Shown piece after piece: positions 1 through 7,908 of a DNA stretch of 64,000 bases. Numbering within the stretch: the first letter of the stretch is position 1; each line of letters begins with the position of its first letter. Under the pieces are notes generated by a model. It searched no databases and was not told the origin of the DNA. It worked only from the letters and a program-made list of their open reading frames with translations. The stretch is from a virus. The translations under genes were made by a program, and so were the position numbers. The stretch spans positions 32,001 to 96,000 of the IMG/VR virus record IMGVR_UViG_3300049137_000157, one strand, 5' to 3'.

Positions 1-98
1 GCACTGGAACTGCCACTTCATCGGGTCGTCGCCGAAACGGCTGCGGGCCTCGGTGAGAAGTTCCTGCTGCGTGAGCTTGCGGTAGTTGCTGGCCACGA

Positions 99-668
99 TC
101 ATCCCTTCTGGTCGTGCATCAGGTCTCGCACGATGGTGGCGGCGGCGTCCCGGTCACGGGTGTCCCACCAGAAGCCGGGGACGTCCGGGTGGTGCTCGTC
201 CTTGTGCGGGCCGGGATGGGTCGCGATGGCCTCGGCCGCCAGCCGGAGGATCTCGTTGGTACGGGCCTTCTCTGCCGCGTTGCTGTAGGTCGCCTTCTTG
301 TCCGGTTCCGGGGAGGTGGTGGCCAGGAGCCGGAGCATGGCCTCCTTGGGGGTGAGCCCTCGGGCCGTAGTCTGACGCTGGACCGGCCGCCACTGGAGGT
401 CCACCACCTCAACCTGCTCGACGTGGGTGCCCATGACGGCCTTTTCGTCGTTCCAGGGATCGAGACCTTCCTGCATCTCGGTAGCCGGGCGCTCCCAGTA
501 GACCTCGTACGTCTTGCCGTCGTCGGGGGCCCGGAAGATCAGCCGGTGGACGATGCACCATCGCAGCTCGTCCCAGGGTTCGTCGTGGAGGATGATCTCC
601 CGGTTCTTCAAGGGGAGTCCCCACTCCTCCAGAAGTTCCCGGCTGAAGTTCCTCTTGTTGCCGCTCAT
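99..668 (-). CDS. hypothetical phage-like protein (189 aa)
   Basis: ATG preceded by AAAGGAAAAGGG; protein-like composition; end of a leftward gene run. Confidence 0.8.
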   Translation of the reverse strand: MSGNKRNFSRELLEEWGLPLKNREIILHDEPWDELRWCIVHRLIFRAPDDGKTYEVYWERPATEMQEGLDPWNDEKAVMGTHVEQVEVVDLQWRPVQRQTTARGLTPKEAMLRLLATTSPEPDKKATYSNAAEKARTNEILRLAAEAIATHPGPHKDEHHPDVPGFWWDTRDRDAAATIVRDLMHDQKG

Positions 669-679
669 CCCTTTTCCTT

Positions 680-898
680 TCAGAAGATCTTCGTGACCTT
701 GTATGTGGTCGTCAGCTCCACGAGCCGAAGCCTTCGCCCCTCGAATTTCCGGTTCCTTGCGGCACGCTCAGTCCTCTCCGGAATCTCTCCTGCGGAGAAG
801 GAGCCTCCGGCCATCACCCAGGACCCGTCCAGTTCCCGCACTTCGATCCGGTACTGGATCTCCGTGGAGTTCGGGCGGGGGTCGAAGTCGGAGTTCAT
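680..898 (-). CDS. hypothetical protein (72 aa, MNSDFDPRP...)
   Basis: ATG overlaps the stop of 895..1164; the 5' extension in the ORF track is judged spurious. Confidence 0.7.
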   Translation of the reverse strand: MNSDFDPRPNSTEIQYRIEVRELDGSWVMAGGSFSAGEIPERTERAARNRKFEGRRLRLVELTTTYKVTKIF

Positions 899-1164
899 CC
901 GGCGCTGCGCCCGTGCTTGACGAGGTAGTTGATGAAGGTGTCCAGCACCTGCTGGGCCAGGATCTTCCCCTCGTCGAGAGAGGTGGTGAAGCGGTCGAGC
1001 GAACGTTCCCCGGGGACCATGGACGGCAGTGCCGTGGTCAGCTTCCACTCCCGGCCGTCGACAGGACGGGGCAGGCGACAAAGACTGAACAGGTAAAGAT
1101 CTCCGACGCGACCATCCACCTGGGCGGAGTCCTCGTCGCCGTCATCCCAACGGATCATTTTCAC
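895..1164 (-). CDS. hypothetical protein (89 aa)
   Basis: GGAGGG RBS; upstream TAGAAT -10 box and GGCCTAGGCC site. Confidence 0.75.
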   Translation of the reverse strand: MKMIRWDDGDEDSAQVDGRVGDLYLFSLCRLPRPVDGREWKLTTALPSMVPGERSLDRFTTSLDEGKILAQQVLDTFINYLVKHGRSAG

Positions 1165-1214
1165 CCTCCTTGTCGGATCGCTTTTCCTGCGACCCTGTTC
1201 CTCGATTCTATCAC

Positions 1215-1224
1215 GGCCTAGGCC
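1215..1224. promoter_or_regulatory. GGCCTAGGCC palindromic operator candidate
   Basis: exact palindrome 4 nt from a TAGAAT -10-like box on the minus strand; recurs across the window. Confidence 0.65.
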
Positions 1225-1228
1225 AATA

Positions 1229-1260
1229 GGAAGGGCCCCGTCTGTGGACGAGGCCCTTCC
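1229..1260 (-). terminator. intrinsic terminator-like hairpin after cspA
   Basis: GGAAGGGCC...GGCCCTTCC inverted repeat just past the cspA stop. Confidence 0.7.
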
Positions 1261-1271
1261 TGTTCGGATCT

Positions 1272-1475
1272 TCAGACAGTGCTGACGTCAGCCGCCTGGG
1301 GACCCTTCGAACCCTGCTCCACCTGGAAGTAGACGCGCTGCCCCTCTTCGAGACTGCGGTACCCACCACCCTGGATGGCGGAGTAGTGGACGAAGACGTC
1401 CTTCCCGCCCCCGTCCGGGGTGATGAAGCCGAAACCCTTCTCGGCGTTGAACCACTTCACGCTGCCCTGCGGCAT
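1272..1475 (-). CDS. cspA: cold-shock protein (CSD RNA chaperone, 67 aa)
   Basis: [18 protein letters not shown]...DVFVHYSAI: RNP1/RNP2 motifs; long 5' UTR with TACGAT -10-like box upstream. Confidence 0.95.
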   Translation of the reverse strand: MPQGSVKWFNAEKGFGFITPDGGGKDVFVHYSAIQGGGYRSLEEGQRVYFQVEQGSKGPQAADVSTV

Positions 1476-1749
1476 GTCAGTCCTCACACATTGCTCGTTG
1501 GAAACCCCGGGGAAGAGTGACGCGAAACCCACGAACACCAAACTCGGAGTGCTCTGAAATCGTATCGACGATCCCCGACATGACCAGCGTAAAGATCAGA
1601 GGGAATCACGCCACCCACTGTTTCCTCACAAGCGAATGTCCCGACTGGTGAAGATTCTCCCAAAAACGTGCGGAGAAAAACGACTGACCGCCCGGAAGGA
1701 AGAACCCTCCGAACGGTCAGCAGTCATCCGGCTTGACGGCCTGCTCGGG

Positions 1750-3399
1750 TCAGGACATCCACGGCCAGTGGGCGTTGCGCCCCGACTCCAGCAGCGGAAT
1801 CATCCGGAACGCGGCGTCGGTGAGACCGCCGAACGTGTGCCGGTTGCCCTTGCCCGACGGACCGTGACCTGCCTGGTAGCCCGCGAGGTTCCAGGTGTAC
1901 ACCGGAATGTTCTTCGGGACCTGCTCGGTCGGGTCACCGCCGTGGGCGCTGTCGGCCTGCTCGTCCGTGATGATGACGACCCGGTCGTGTCGGGCGAACT
2001 TCTCCTGGACCGCAAGTGCGGTCGCGGTGCCGCCGCCGAGGAACCAGCCGCCGTCCTTCCACCGGCCCACCGCTCGCAGCAGGGACTCGCCCCGCTTGAG
2101 CGGGAAGTCCTTGGTGTTCGCCCCGGGTAGGTCGTTCCAGTACCGCTGGGTCGAGGAGAACGACACGACGTCCGCCGAGGCGCAGCGCTGTCCCAGGGCG
2201 ATACCGAACAGGGCGGCGGCGTCCCACCGCATGAGGCTGCCGTCCTTCGAGAAGGCTCCCTTCATGGACGTCGAGGTGTCGACCAGGATCAGCGTCCGCC
2301 CCTTCAGCTCGGGCACGTTGGCCAGCGAGTGACCGAGCGCCTTCTCCAGCGGGTAGCCCCAGCGCAGCGACGGGGCCGCCTGGTATGCCGAGTAGAACCG
2401 CATCGGGAACTGCTTGGACCGGGCAACTTCGGCCGGATCGGCGAGCTTCTTCGAGACCAGTTCCGCCGACTCGTCCGGCACACCCGACTCGTCGAAGTTC
2501 CGCAGGTTCCGCAGCAGCGCCATGTAGCCCATCGACGGGATCATCGACTGCCACAGGTCGCTCTTGTTGACCTTCGAACCGAGGGCGGACAGGACGTCCT
2601 CCCAGGTGAGTCCGGAAGCCTTCAGAGCGGCGGGGTCGAGGAGGCGGGCGAGGGTCTCGTGCTTGTCCGCCACGGTCCCGTCGATCACCTGCTGCGTCTC
2701 GCTGCGCCACCGGCGCTCACTGCGGAGCATGGCCAGCGAAGCCGGAAGCGGAGCCTCGTTGCCCTTGCTCTTGTGGTCGAGGATGTAGCCGAACAGTTCT
2801 CGCTGTCGCTGGTCGAGCGGGCTCGGGTGGACGATCCGCAGGGCGTCGGCGAACTTGACGTTGTTCTTGGCCGAGTCGTACTTGAGCCAGTTTCGCTCCG
2901 TGTACATTCGGCCGATCGCCGCCTCCAGGCCCTTGTACACCGCCGTGTAGCGCCGGGGCTTCGCCTTGCCTGCGATCGAGAACCAGTAGGCGAGGAACTC
3001 ACCCACCTCGTCCGGCCGCTGGAGCGAGCCGTCGATCATCTCGGCGATGCCGTCGTAGCGGTGGGCGTCGGCCAGCACCTTGGCCACCTCAGCCGCGCCG
3101 ACGACGGCCGCCGTGCGCATGAAGCCCTCGGAGCGCAGCCAGGGCAGAAAGCCCTGAACCCAGGCCGGGTCGTCGAGTGCGACCTTCTGGATCAGTTCGG
3201 CGTAGCGGGTGTCACGCCTGTCGGCCTTCTCGTAGAAGGTGTTCTCGCCGACCATGTTGGCGAGGGCGAGCAGGTACAGCTCGCTCTTGGCGTCGCGGAG
3301 GTATCCCGTTCCGCCCTGGTGGTTGATGGTGGTGGTCCCGGTCGAGGTGACCGGCGAGGTGACGAGCGGCCGGGTCGACCGGGTGTTCAGCTTGGCCAT
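1750..3399 (-). CDS. Ro60/Rsr-like TROVE-domain RNA-binding protein with C-terminal vWA domain (549 aa)
   Basis: TROVE-like N-terminus (ELYLLALANMVGENTFYE, MGYMALLRNLRN, FPMRFYSAY), MIDAS LILVDTSTSM and VIITDEQ; adjacent Y-RNA-like array. Confidence 0.92.
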   Translation of the reverse strand: MAKLNTRSTRPLVTSPVTSTGTTTINHQGGTGYLRDAKSELYLLALANMVGENTFYEKADRRDTRYAELIQKVALDDPAWVQGFLPWLRSEGFMRTAAVVGAAEVAKVLADAHRYDGIAEMIDGSLQRPDEVGEFLAYWFSIAGKAKPRRYTAVYKGLEAAIGRMYTERNWLKYDSAKNNVKFADALRIVHPSPLDQRQRELFGYILDHKSKGNEAPLPASLAMLRSERRWRSETQQVIDGTVADKHETLARLLDPAALKASGLTWEDVLSALGSKVNKSDLWQSMIPSMGYMALLRNLRNFDESGVPDESAELVSKKLADPAEVARSKQFPMRFYSAYQAAPSLRWGYPLEKALGHSLANVPELKGRTLILVDTSTSMKGAFSKDGSLMRWDAAALFGIALGQRCASADVVSFSSTQRYWNDLPGANTKDFPLKRGESLLRAVGRWKDGGWFLGGGTATALAVQEKFARHDRVVIITDEQADSAHGGDPTEQVPKNIPVYTWNLAGYQAGHGPSGKGNRHTFGGLTDAAFRMIPLLESGRNAHWPWMS

Positions 3400-3405
3400 G
3401 ATCTT

Positions 3406-3873
3406 CTAGTCCTTTCCGGTGGTCGCGTTCGGTGAGACCGTCGGGGCCTCCTTGAGTGCCTTCAGTTCGGTGAGCAGGGTGATGACGTGGGACATCAGTC
3501 CGGCATGCTCGGTCGCCCCCACTGCGAGAGCCTGGTCGCGGTGCTCGATGACCCCTTGCCGGACGCGATCGACATCTGCCGTAGTGGAGTCGATGCCAGT
3601 CGAAATTGCTGAAGACTTCGACGTTCCCACGTTGGGTGCTTCCCGGTAGGGCCGGAAAGCCGCAAGGGTCTCGATCCCCTCGACAATGACCCGGAGGTCT
3701 CCGTACAGATCCGAGAAGACGGCCTCGGCGTGCGGGTTTTGCAGGTAGTCGGGGTGCGGGTTCTGGGCGAGCGACCGCAATGCGCGCAGTTCCTCGTGGT
3801 CGACGGCGAGGAGGATGGTCTGCTCGTTCAGCGACTTGCCGGTGCTCTCGTCAGGGTTGGTGGCGTTCCTCAT
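3406..3873 (-). CDS. hypothetical protein inside the ligase-Ro operon (155 aa)
   Basis: AGGAG RBS before ATG at 3873; tightly packed between the ligase stop (3893) and the Ro start (3399). Confidence 0.75.
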   Translation of the reverse strand: MRNATNPDESTGKSLNEQTILLAVDHEELRALRSLAQNPHPDYLQNPHAEAVFSDLYGDLRVIVEGIETLAAFRPYREAPNVGTSKSSAISTGIDSTTADVDRVRQGVIEHRDQALAVGATEHAGLMSHVITLLTELKALKEAPTVSPNATTGKD

Positions 3874-3892
3874 GGACAGCGTCTCCTGTTGA

Positions 3893-4648
3893 TCACTTGC
3901 TGCGCAGAGTGCGGGCGTAGTCCTCGAAGCGGGCCTTGGCAATGATCTTGCGGTCCTCGGTCCGCAGGACGATCCCTTCGGCCTGACCCTTCGCTCCGTC
4001 GTCGAGTGCGACACGGGTGGAGGGGAGGGCGTCGAGAAGCCACTGCTGCATGCCCGCGATGCCCTTGGGGAGAGCCTGGGCCGGGACGCGACCGAGTCGC
4101 GGGGTCAGGGGGATGTTGACGGCGAGGGCGTAGTTCAGCATCTCGGTCTCGGTGTGGAAGTCCTGTCCGCCGTTGTCCCGCCAGGAGGCGATGCGCTCCC
4201 GGTTCCAGGTGAGGACGTCCGGGTTGAAGCGCGCGATGTCGAAGAGGCGGTAGCCGGTGAGGCCGGTGGTGGAGTACTGCTTGGCTGCTGCGCCGATGCC
4301 CGAGCCGTAGACCTCCAGGAAGAGGGTGTAGATCTGACCCGTGTCGGTGGGCTTGGCGAGCTGCTCCGCAAGGGGCCGCAGGGCGCTGACGATGCCGAGC
4401 GTCGGGTTGGCCACCCGGTCACCCTTGGCGTACAGGAGTTCCTTGCGCGAACCGATGAGGTAGTCGCCGTCGGGGAAGAGGACGATGCGCCCGTTGGTGC
4501 CGTCGACCTTCTCGGTGAGGACGACATCGCCCTCGAACTCCGTGGCCTCGTCGGTGAGGCGGCCCTTGTTGCCCAGTGCGTGGTACGTGAAGATGCTCGG
4601 GTACTGCGTGGCCGAGTCGATCTCCGGAAGCCTGTTCGGATCGAACAT
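3893..4648 (-). CDS. ATP-dependent RNA ligase, Rnl2-like adenylyltransferase domain (251 aa)
   Basis: nucleotidyltransferase motifs TEKVDGTN, FLEVYG, LFDI, EGIV, AKAR; RBS GGAGAAGGAC before ATG 4648. Confidence 0.88.
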   Translation of the reverse strand: MFDPNRLPEIDSATQYPSIFTYHALGNKGRLTDEATEFEGDVVLTEKVDGTNGRIVLFPDGDYLIGSRKELLYAKGDRVANPTLGIVSALRPLAEQLAKPTDTGQIYTLFLEVYGSGIGAAAKQYSTTGLTGYRLFDIARFNPDVLTWNRERIASWRDNGGQDFHTETEMLNYALAVNIPLTPRLGRVPAQALPKGIAGMQQWLLDALPSTRVALDDGAKGQAEGIVLRTEDRKIIAKARFEDYARTLRSK

Positions 4649-4678
4649 GTCCTTCTCCTTTTCCATCAGAACGCAGAA

Positions 4679-4708
4679 CGCCCCCTCTCCCGAATTGGAG
4701 AGGGGGCG
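4679..4708 (-). terminator. hairpin between the Y-RNA array and the ligase gene
   Basis: CGCCCCCTCTCC / GGAGAGGGGGCG 12-bp stem; only a weak U-tail on the minus strand. Confidence 0.7.
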
Positions 4709-4712
4709 CTTC

Positions 4713-4885
4713 CTGTGGTGCGAGGACGAAGTGACCGGCTGAAAAAGTCGGCCCCGGCGTGTGGAGTCTGATGCTCTACCAATTGAGCTACGGGCAGCTT
4801 GGCTGCTCGACGGGACTTGAACCCGCAACCGCCAGAGTGAAGTATCCGGAACCTGCGCTCCGGTCACCACGTCCTCGCATCACAG
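4713..4885 (-). ncRNA. YrlA-like Y RNA with circularly permuted tRNA domain (~173 nt)
   Basis: ~25-bp terminal stem; order is T-arm (GCGGG-TTCAAGT-CCCGT), loop-closed acceptor-like stem, then D-arm (TAGCTCAATTGGTAGAGC); near a Ro60 gene. Confidence 0.85.
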
Positions 4886-5042
4886 CTTCACAGATCCAGA
4901 GGAGCCACCGGCTGAAAGATGAGCCCCGGCGTTTGCCCCGTGCCAGATTTGGGCGTTGACGGATTCGAACCGTTCCATTTCTTGTTTCAGGAAGAAGTAA
5001 CCGTTGCTGCGGCACTCCGGTAACTCTTCTGAACCTGTGAAG
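4886..5042 (-). ncRNA. second Y-RNA-like unit with T-arm only (~157 nt)
   Basis: long terminal stem with G-U pairs on the minus strand; shared CCGGAG..TACTTC and CCGGGGC..TTTCAGCCGG motifs; ACGG-TTCGAAT-CCGT arm. Confidence 0.75.
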
Positions 5043-5045
5043 TCG

Positions 5046-5123
5046 AGCGCCCCCCGGCTGAAAAGTCGGCCTCGGTCTAATTTCACCGAAGAAGTATCCG
5101 AAGCCTGCGCTCCGGGGGTGCAC
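5046..5123 (-). ncRNA. third, minimal Y-RNA-like unit (~78 nt)
   Basis: terminal stem plus the same two conserved motif blocks; starts about 6 nt below a -10 box. Confidence 0.7.
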
Positions 5124-5128
5124 TAAGA

Positions 5129-5157
5129 ACACTAGGCCATTCGACAGGCCACCACAA
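5129..5157 (-). promoter_or_regulatory. sigma70-type promoter of the Y-RNA/ligase/Ro unit
   Basis: TTGTGG-17 nt-TAGTGT on the minus strand; the -10 overlaps a GGCCTAG half-site. Confidence 0.7.
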
Positions 5158-5217
5158 CTCGTTTTACGAATAGTCTGCCAACCTGGCCCGGTGGGCCGGA
5201 GGTCTCTTGATCGCCCG

Positions 5218-5553
5218 TCAGGCGACGATCAGGTACGTTGCCTCGGCATCCGTCACGGTGAAGGCCCGCTTCAGATCGGGTGTCACAGCGGCGAGGACCT
5301 CTTGCCGTTCGTCGTAGCACGAGACGAGGAGCTGCATGCACCCCGGGCACAGCCGGGCCAGCACGTCATCCCGGATCCGGGCCAGTCGGCTCTTCGACGC
5401 ACAGGCGTCACACACGATCGACCGAGGGTACGCCATGACCATCACCCGGTCGTCGTACGTCGCGTGCGCGACGAGCCGGATCATCTCGGTCCCGTGGTCG
5501 CCCTCGTCGAGCCACTTCTGTACGGCGTCGCGCAGATCGGTCCTCTTGCCCAT
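5218..5553 (-). CDS. hypothetical protein with CxxC pairs (111 aa)
   Basis: GGAAAGGAAGAGG RBS; CDAC...CPGC. Confidence 0.75.
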   Translation of the reverse strand: MGKRTDLRDAVQKWLDEGDHGTEMIRLVAHATYDDRVMVMAYPRSIVCDACASKSRLARIRDDVLARLCPGCMQLLVSCYDERQEVLAAVTPDLKRAFTVTDAEATYLIVA

Positions 5554-5604
5554 CTTCCTCTTCCTTTCCGGTCGCTCAGGTGTATCACCGCCGAGTGCGG
5601 TGGA

Positions 5605-5796
5605 TCAGTACACGTGGTCGCAGCGGATCCAGACGTTGTACTTCACGACGAACCCGCGCCCCGCGCACCAGGGGCAGCTCTTCTTCTGCCGGTGCTCAGG
5701 GCAGTGGAGCCGGAGATTCTTCCGCTCCAGGCATCCCTGACACCCGTTGTTCGGCGGCGGCTCCACGCTGGTGTACGCCACCCTCTCCTCTGCCAC
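5605..5796 (-). CDS. small Cys-rich zinc-ribbon protein (63 aa)
   Basis: strong purine-rich RBS before GTG; CQGC, CPWCAGRG. Confidence 0.6.
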   Translation of the reverse strand: MAEERVAYTSVEPPPNNGCQGCLERKNLRLHCPEHRQKKSCPWCAGRGFVVKYNVWIRCDHVY

Positions 5797-6136
5797 GTTC
5801 CTCTCTCTCCTTCCTCCTTACGCGAACGCCGGTCCCCTTGCAGTCCCGGCAGGGCGCTCCGGTCGTCGGGTTGAACATCCCGGCCTCGGAGACCCAGTCC
5901 TGCTCGCTGTCCGGATCGGCTCCGGTGCCCGCACAGGTGTCGCACTGGTTGGGCATCCGCATCTGCACCTCGACCACTGGGCAGTCCGTCTCGTGCAGGT
6001 ACTCACCGCCCTGGCACCACGGGCGACATCGACACAGGGTCGACTCCAGCGCATGGGCGTACGCCTGAGTCTCCCGAAGGACCTTCAGCACGGCTGCCAC
6101 CCTCCGTCCCTCATCGTCAGCTTGGTTTCGCTCCAT
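5696..6136 (-). CDS. DnaJ-type zinc-finger-repeat protein (CDTCAGTG...CRDCKGTG)
   Basis: two CxxCxGxG repeats; 3' end overlaps the next ORF by 101 bp so the end is uncertain. Confidence 0.55.
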   Translation of the reverse strand: MERNQADDEGRRVAAVLKVLRETQAYAHALESTLCRCRPWCQGGEYLHETDCPVVEVQMRMPNQCDTCAGTGADPDSEQDWVSEAGMFNPTTGAPCRDCKGTGVRVRRKEREERGRGEGGVHQRGAAAEQRVSGMPGAEESPAPLP

Positions 6137-6460
6137 CACTCCGTTTCGCCTTTCAGTACGCAGCTCCACCGATCCGATCGGAGAGAACTCCAACATCAAC
6201 TTTGTGTCGATAATCAACCTGCACAACAGAGGTGGGTTTTCCCCAGCAAGTTGCGCTACGATGACGTCCTGGATGGCATGCCTGACGGCTGCTTTCTGGT
6301 CGCAAGCGAACCTCAGGAACTTCCGTAGTAACCCAGTTGACGCTGGACGGGATGCCTTAGGTGTCGCACCGAGCGCCCTCGACCCTTGCAGCAGTCCGGT
6401 TGGCTCCGGTGTGAGGATCGGGGGCGCTTGGCATGTCCCCGCGAAGTGGAGAAACTTCGG

Positions 6461-6814
6461 TTACGACCGGATCACCGCGCTCGACGAGAATTCCGTGAAG
6501 CCCTCGAACCGCTCGTCGAGCAGCGGCATCAGCCGATTGGCCACTTCCGCTATCCCGATCGTGTTGGGCAGGGTCTGCAAGGAACACTCGGGGCACGCGA
6601 ACGGCTCACCGAAGATCAGGTTCTTCAGCCTGCCGCGCGACCGGCATTCGACGCACTTCTCCGACACCGGCACCACTTTCACCCACACGGCATGACCCGC
6701 GTCTTCGGAGTGAATGTCGAGACGCACGACCTTCCTGAAGTCACCCAGGACAGCGTCCTCCTGCTCCGCCACGAAGGACTGCACCTCACGGAGCAGAGCC
6801 CTACGGTCACTCAC
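6461..6814 (-). CDS. hypothetical protein with CxxC pairs (117 aa)
   Basis: GTG start after AAAGGGGAG; CVEC...CPEC. Confidence 0.7.
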   Translation of the reverse strand: MSDRRALLREVQSFVAEQEDAVLGDFRKVVRLDIHSEDAGHAVWVKVVPVSEKCVECRSRGRLKNLIFGEPFACPECSLQTLPNTIGIAEVANRLMPLLDERFEGFTEFSSSAVIRS

Positions 6815-6815
6815 G

Positions 6816-7193
6816 TCATCTCCCCTTTCCCGTCTTTTCCTCGTCCTGCCGCCGGGCTTCCGCTTCCCAGTCGATGTGTTCTTGCATCGTCCGACGAATG
6901 TGACTGAGGTTGTCCCTCTTGACGCCAACCCGAACGTTGACCGTCAACGCCCGCAGGCGCTCCAGCTCGCCGGGGTACTCCTCGTAGTCCGGCTTGCGGT
7001 AGTCGGCGATGTCTTCCAGGTGATTCAGCAGGTCCTCCCATCCTTGGCCGTACCACTGCGGGCCGACGAGAGCGGTGCCCCCGACCGGAATCGACCGGCA
7101 CCGCGCGATCAGCGCCTGGATCACCTCCAAGCGATACGCATCCACCTCCTCATCCGTGACGCCCTTGACGAGAAGAGCTTTGCGGGCGTTCAC
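6816..7193 (-). CDS. hypothetical protein (125 aa)
   Basis: coupled to neighbouring ORFs; protein-like composition. Confidence 0.7.
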   Translation of the reverse strand: MNARKALLVKGVTDEEVDAYRLEVIQALIARCRSIPVGGTALVGPQWYGQGWEDLLNHLEDIADYRKPDYEEYPGELERLRALTVNVRVGVKRDNLSHIRRTMQEHIDWEAEARRQDEEKTGKGR

Positions 7194-7486
7194 CGGGTGT
7201 CTTCGGCGGGATGTGCATCGATCTCCACGGACACCCCGACCGCACGGGCGTACCCCATGAGCGAAGACATCCGGGGGTCTGCGCCGAGGCGTTCGAAGTC
7301 TCGCACCTCCGAAAGGGGCATCTCCATGGCGACAGCCACCTGCTCGACACTGAGGCCGAGCTGGGTGCGGCGTGCCACCAAGGCGGCGATCAGCGACGTG
7401 ATCGTGGTGACGTCCTGGAGCGCCGCCAGCACCTGCGGATCGTCGGGGTCAAGGCCGAGGGACTTGCCGATCGATTTGGTGCTCAC
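7190..7486 (-). CDS. XRE-family HTH protein (98 aa)
   Basis: LVARRTQLGLSVEQVAVAM...DFERLGADPRMSSLMGYARAVG matches an XRE HTH. Confidence 0.8.
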   Translation of the reverse strand: MSTKSIGKSLGLDPDDPQVLAALQDVTTITSLIAALVARRTQLGLSVEQVAVAMEMPLSEVRDFERLGADPRMSSLMGYARAVGVSVEIDAHPAEDTR

Positions 7487-7908
7487 GTCGTTTCCTTCGT
7501 TCGGGGTGCGTCCACCGCGACAGGCACCGGCTTGGGATTGCCCAGGCCGATCGGCCGCTCGGGGCCGCAGGCGTTGAACAGCACCTGACCCGCGAGGGTT
7601 GCCGGATAGGCGGCACCCTGCGGGCGCATGCCTCGGATGCGTGCCGCGTACAAGGGGGCCGTGACGTATGCGAGACCCGCGCCGGACGCGTCCGCGAACG
7701 CCTTCTCCAGCACCGACAGGGTTTCGGGCGTGATCTCCTCGGCGTCGGCCGCGCCCCAGGCGAAGATGTCGCTGACGTTGACCGACAGGCTGATCTTGTT
7801 CTCCTCGGTGACACTCCAGAGGAGATCCTCGCGAACGTCTGCGAGGTAGAAGATCCGGAGGACTCGGGTCAAGAACGGGACGTCGTCTTGTGTGCGCGTA
7901 TCGGTCAT
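7483..7908 (-). CDS. hypothetical phage-like protein (141 aa)
   Basis: 4-bp overlaps with both neighbours. Confidence 0.7.
   Translation of the reverse strand: MTDTRTQDDVPFLTRVLRIFYLADVREDLLWSVTEENKISLSVNVSDIFAWGAADAEEITPETLSVLEKAFADASGAGLAYVTAPLYAARIRGMRPQGAAYPATLAGQVLFNACGPERPIGLGNPKPVPVAVDAPRTKETT

Noticed and set aside
4767-4836. Canonical tRNA gene
   Set aside because: D- and T-arms are present but in permuted order, with the acceptor closed by a loop and no intact anticodon loop; it fits a YrlA-type mimic, not a tRNA
4649-4870. 5' extension of the ligase ORF (325 aa in the track) and other ORFs over 4759-5132
   Set aside because: They run through the terminator hairpin and RNA units; a good RBS sits at ATG 4648
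5696-5820. Programmed frameshift joining the DnaJ-type Zn-finger ORF to its neighbour
   Set aside because: The 101-bp overlap and an out-of-frame TAA at 5818 are odd, but no clear slippery site is visible; it could be a simple overlap or an indel
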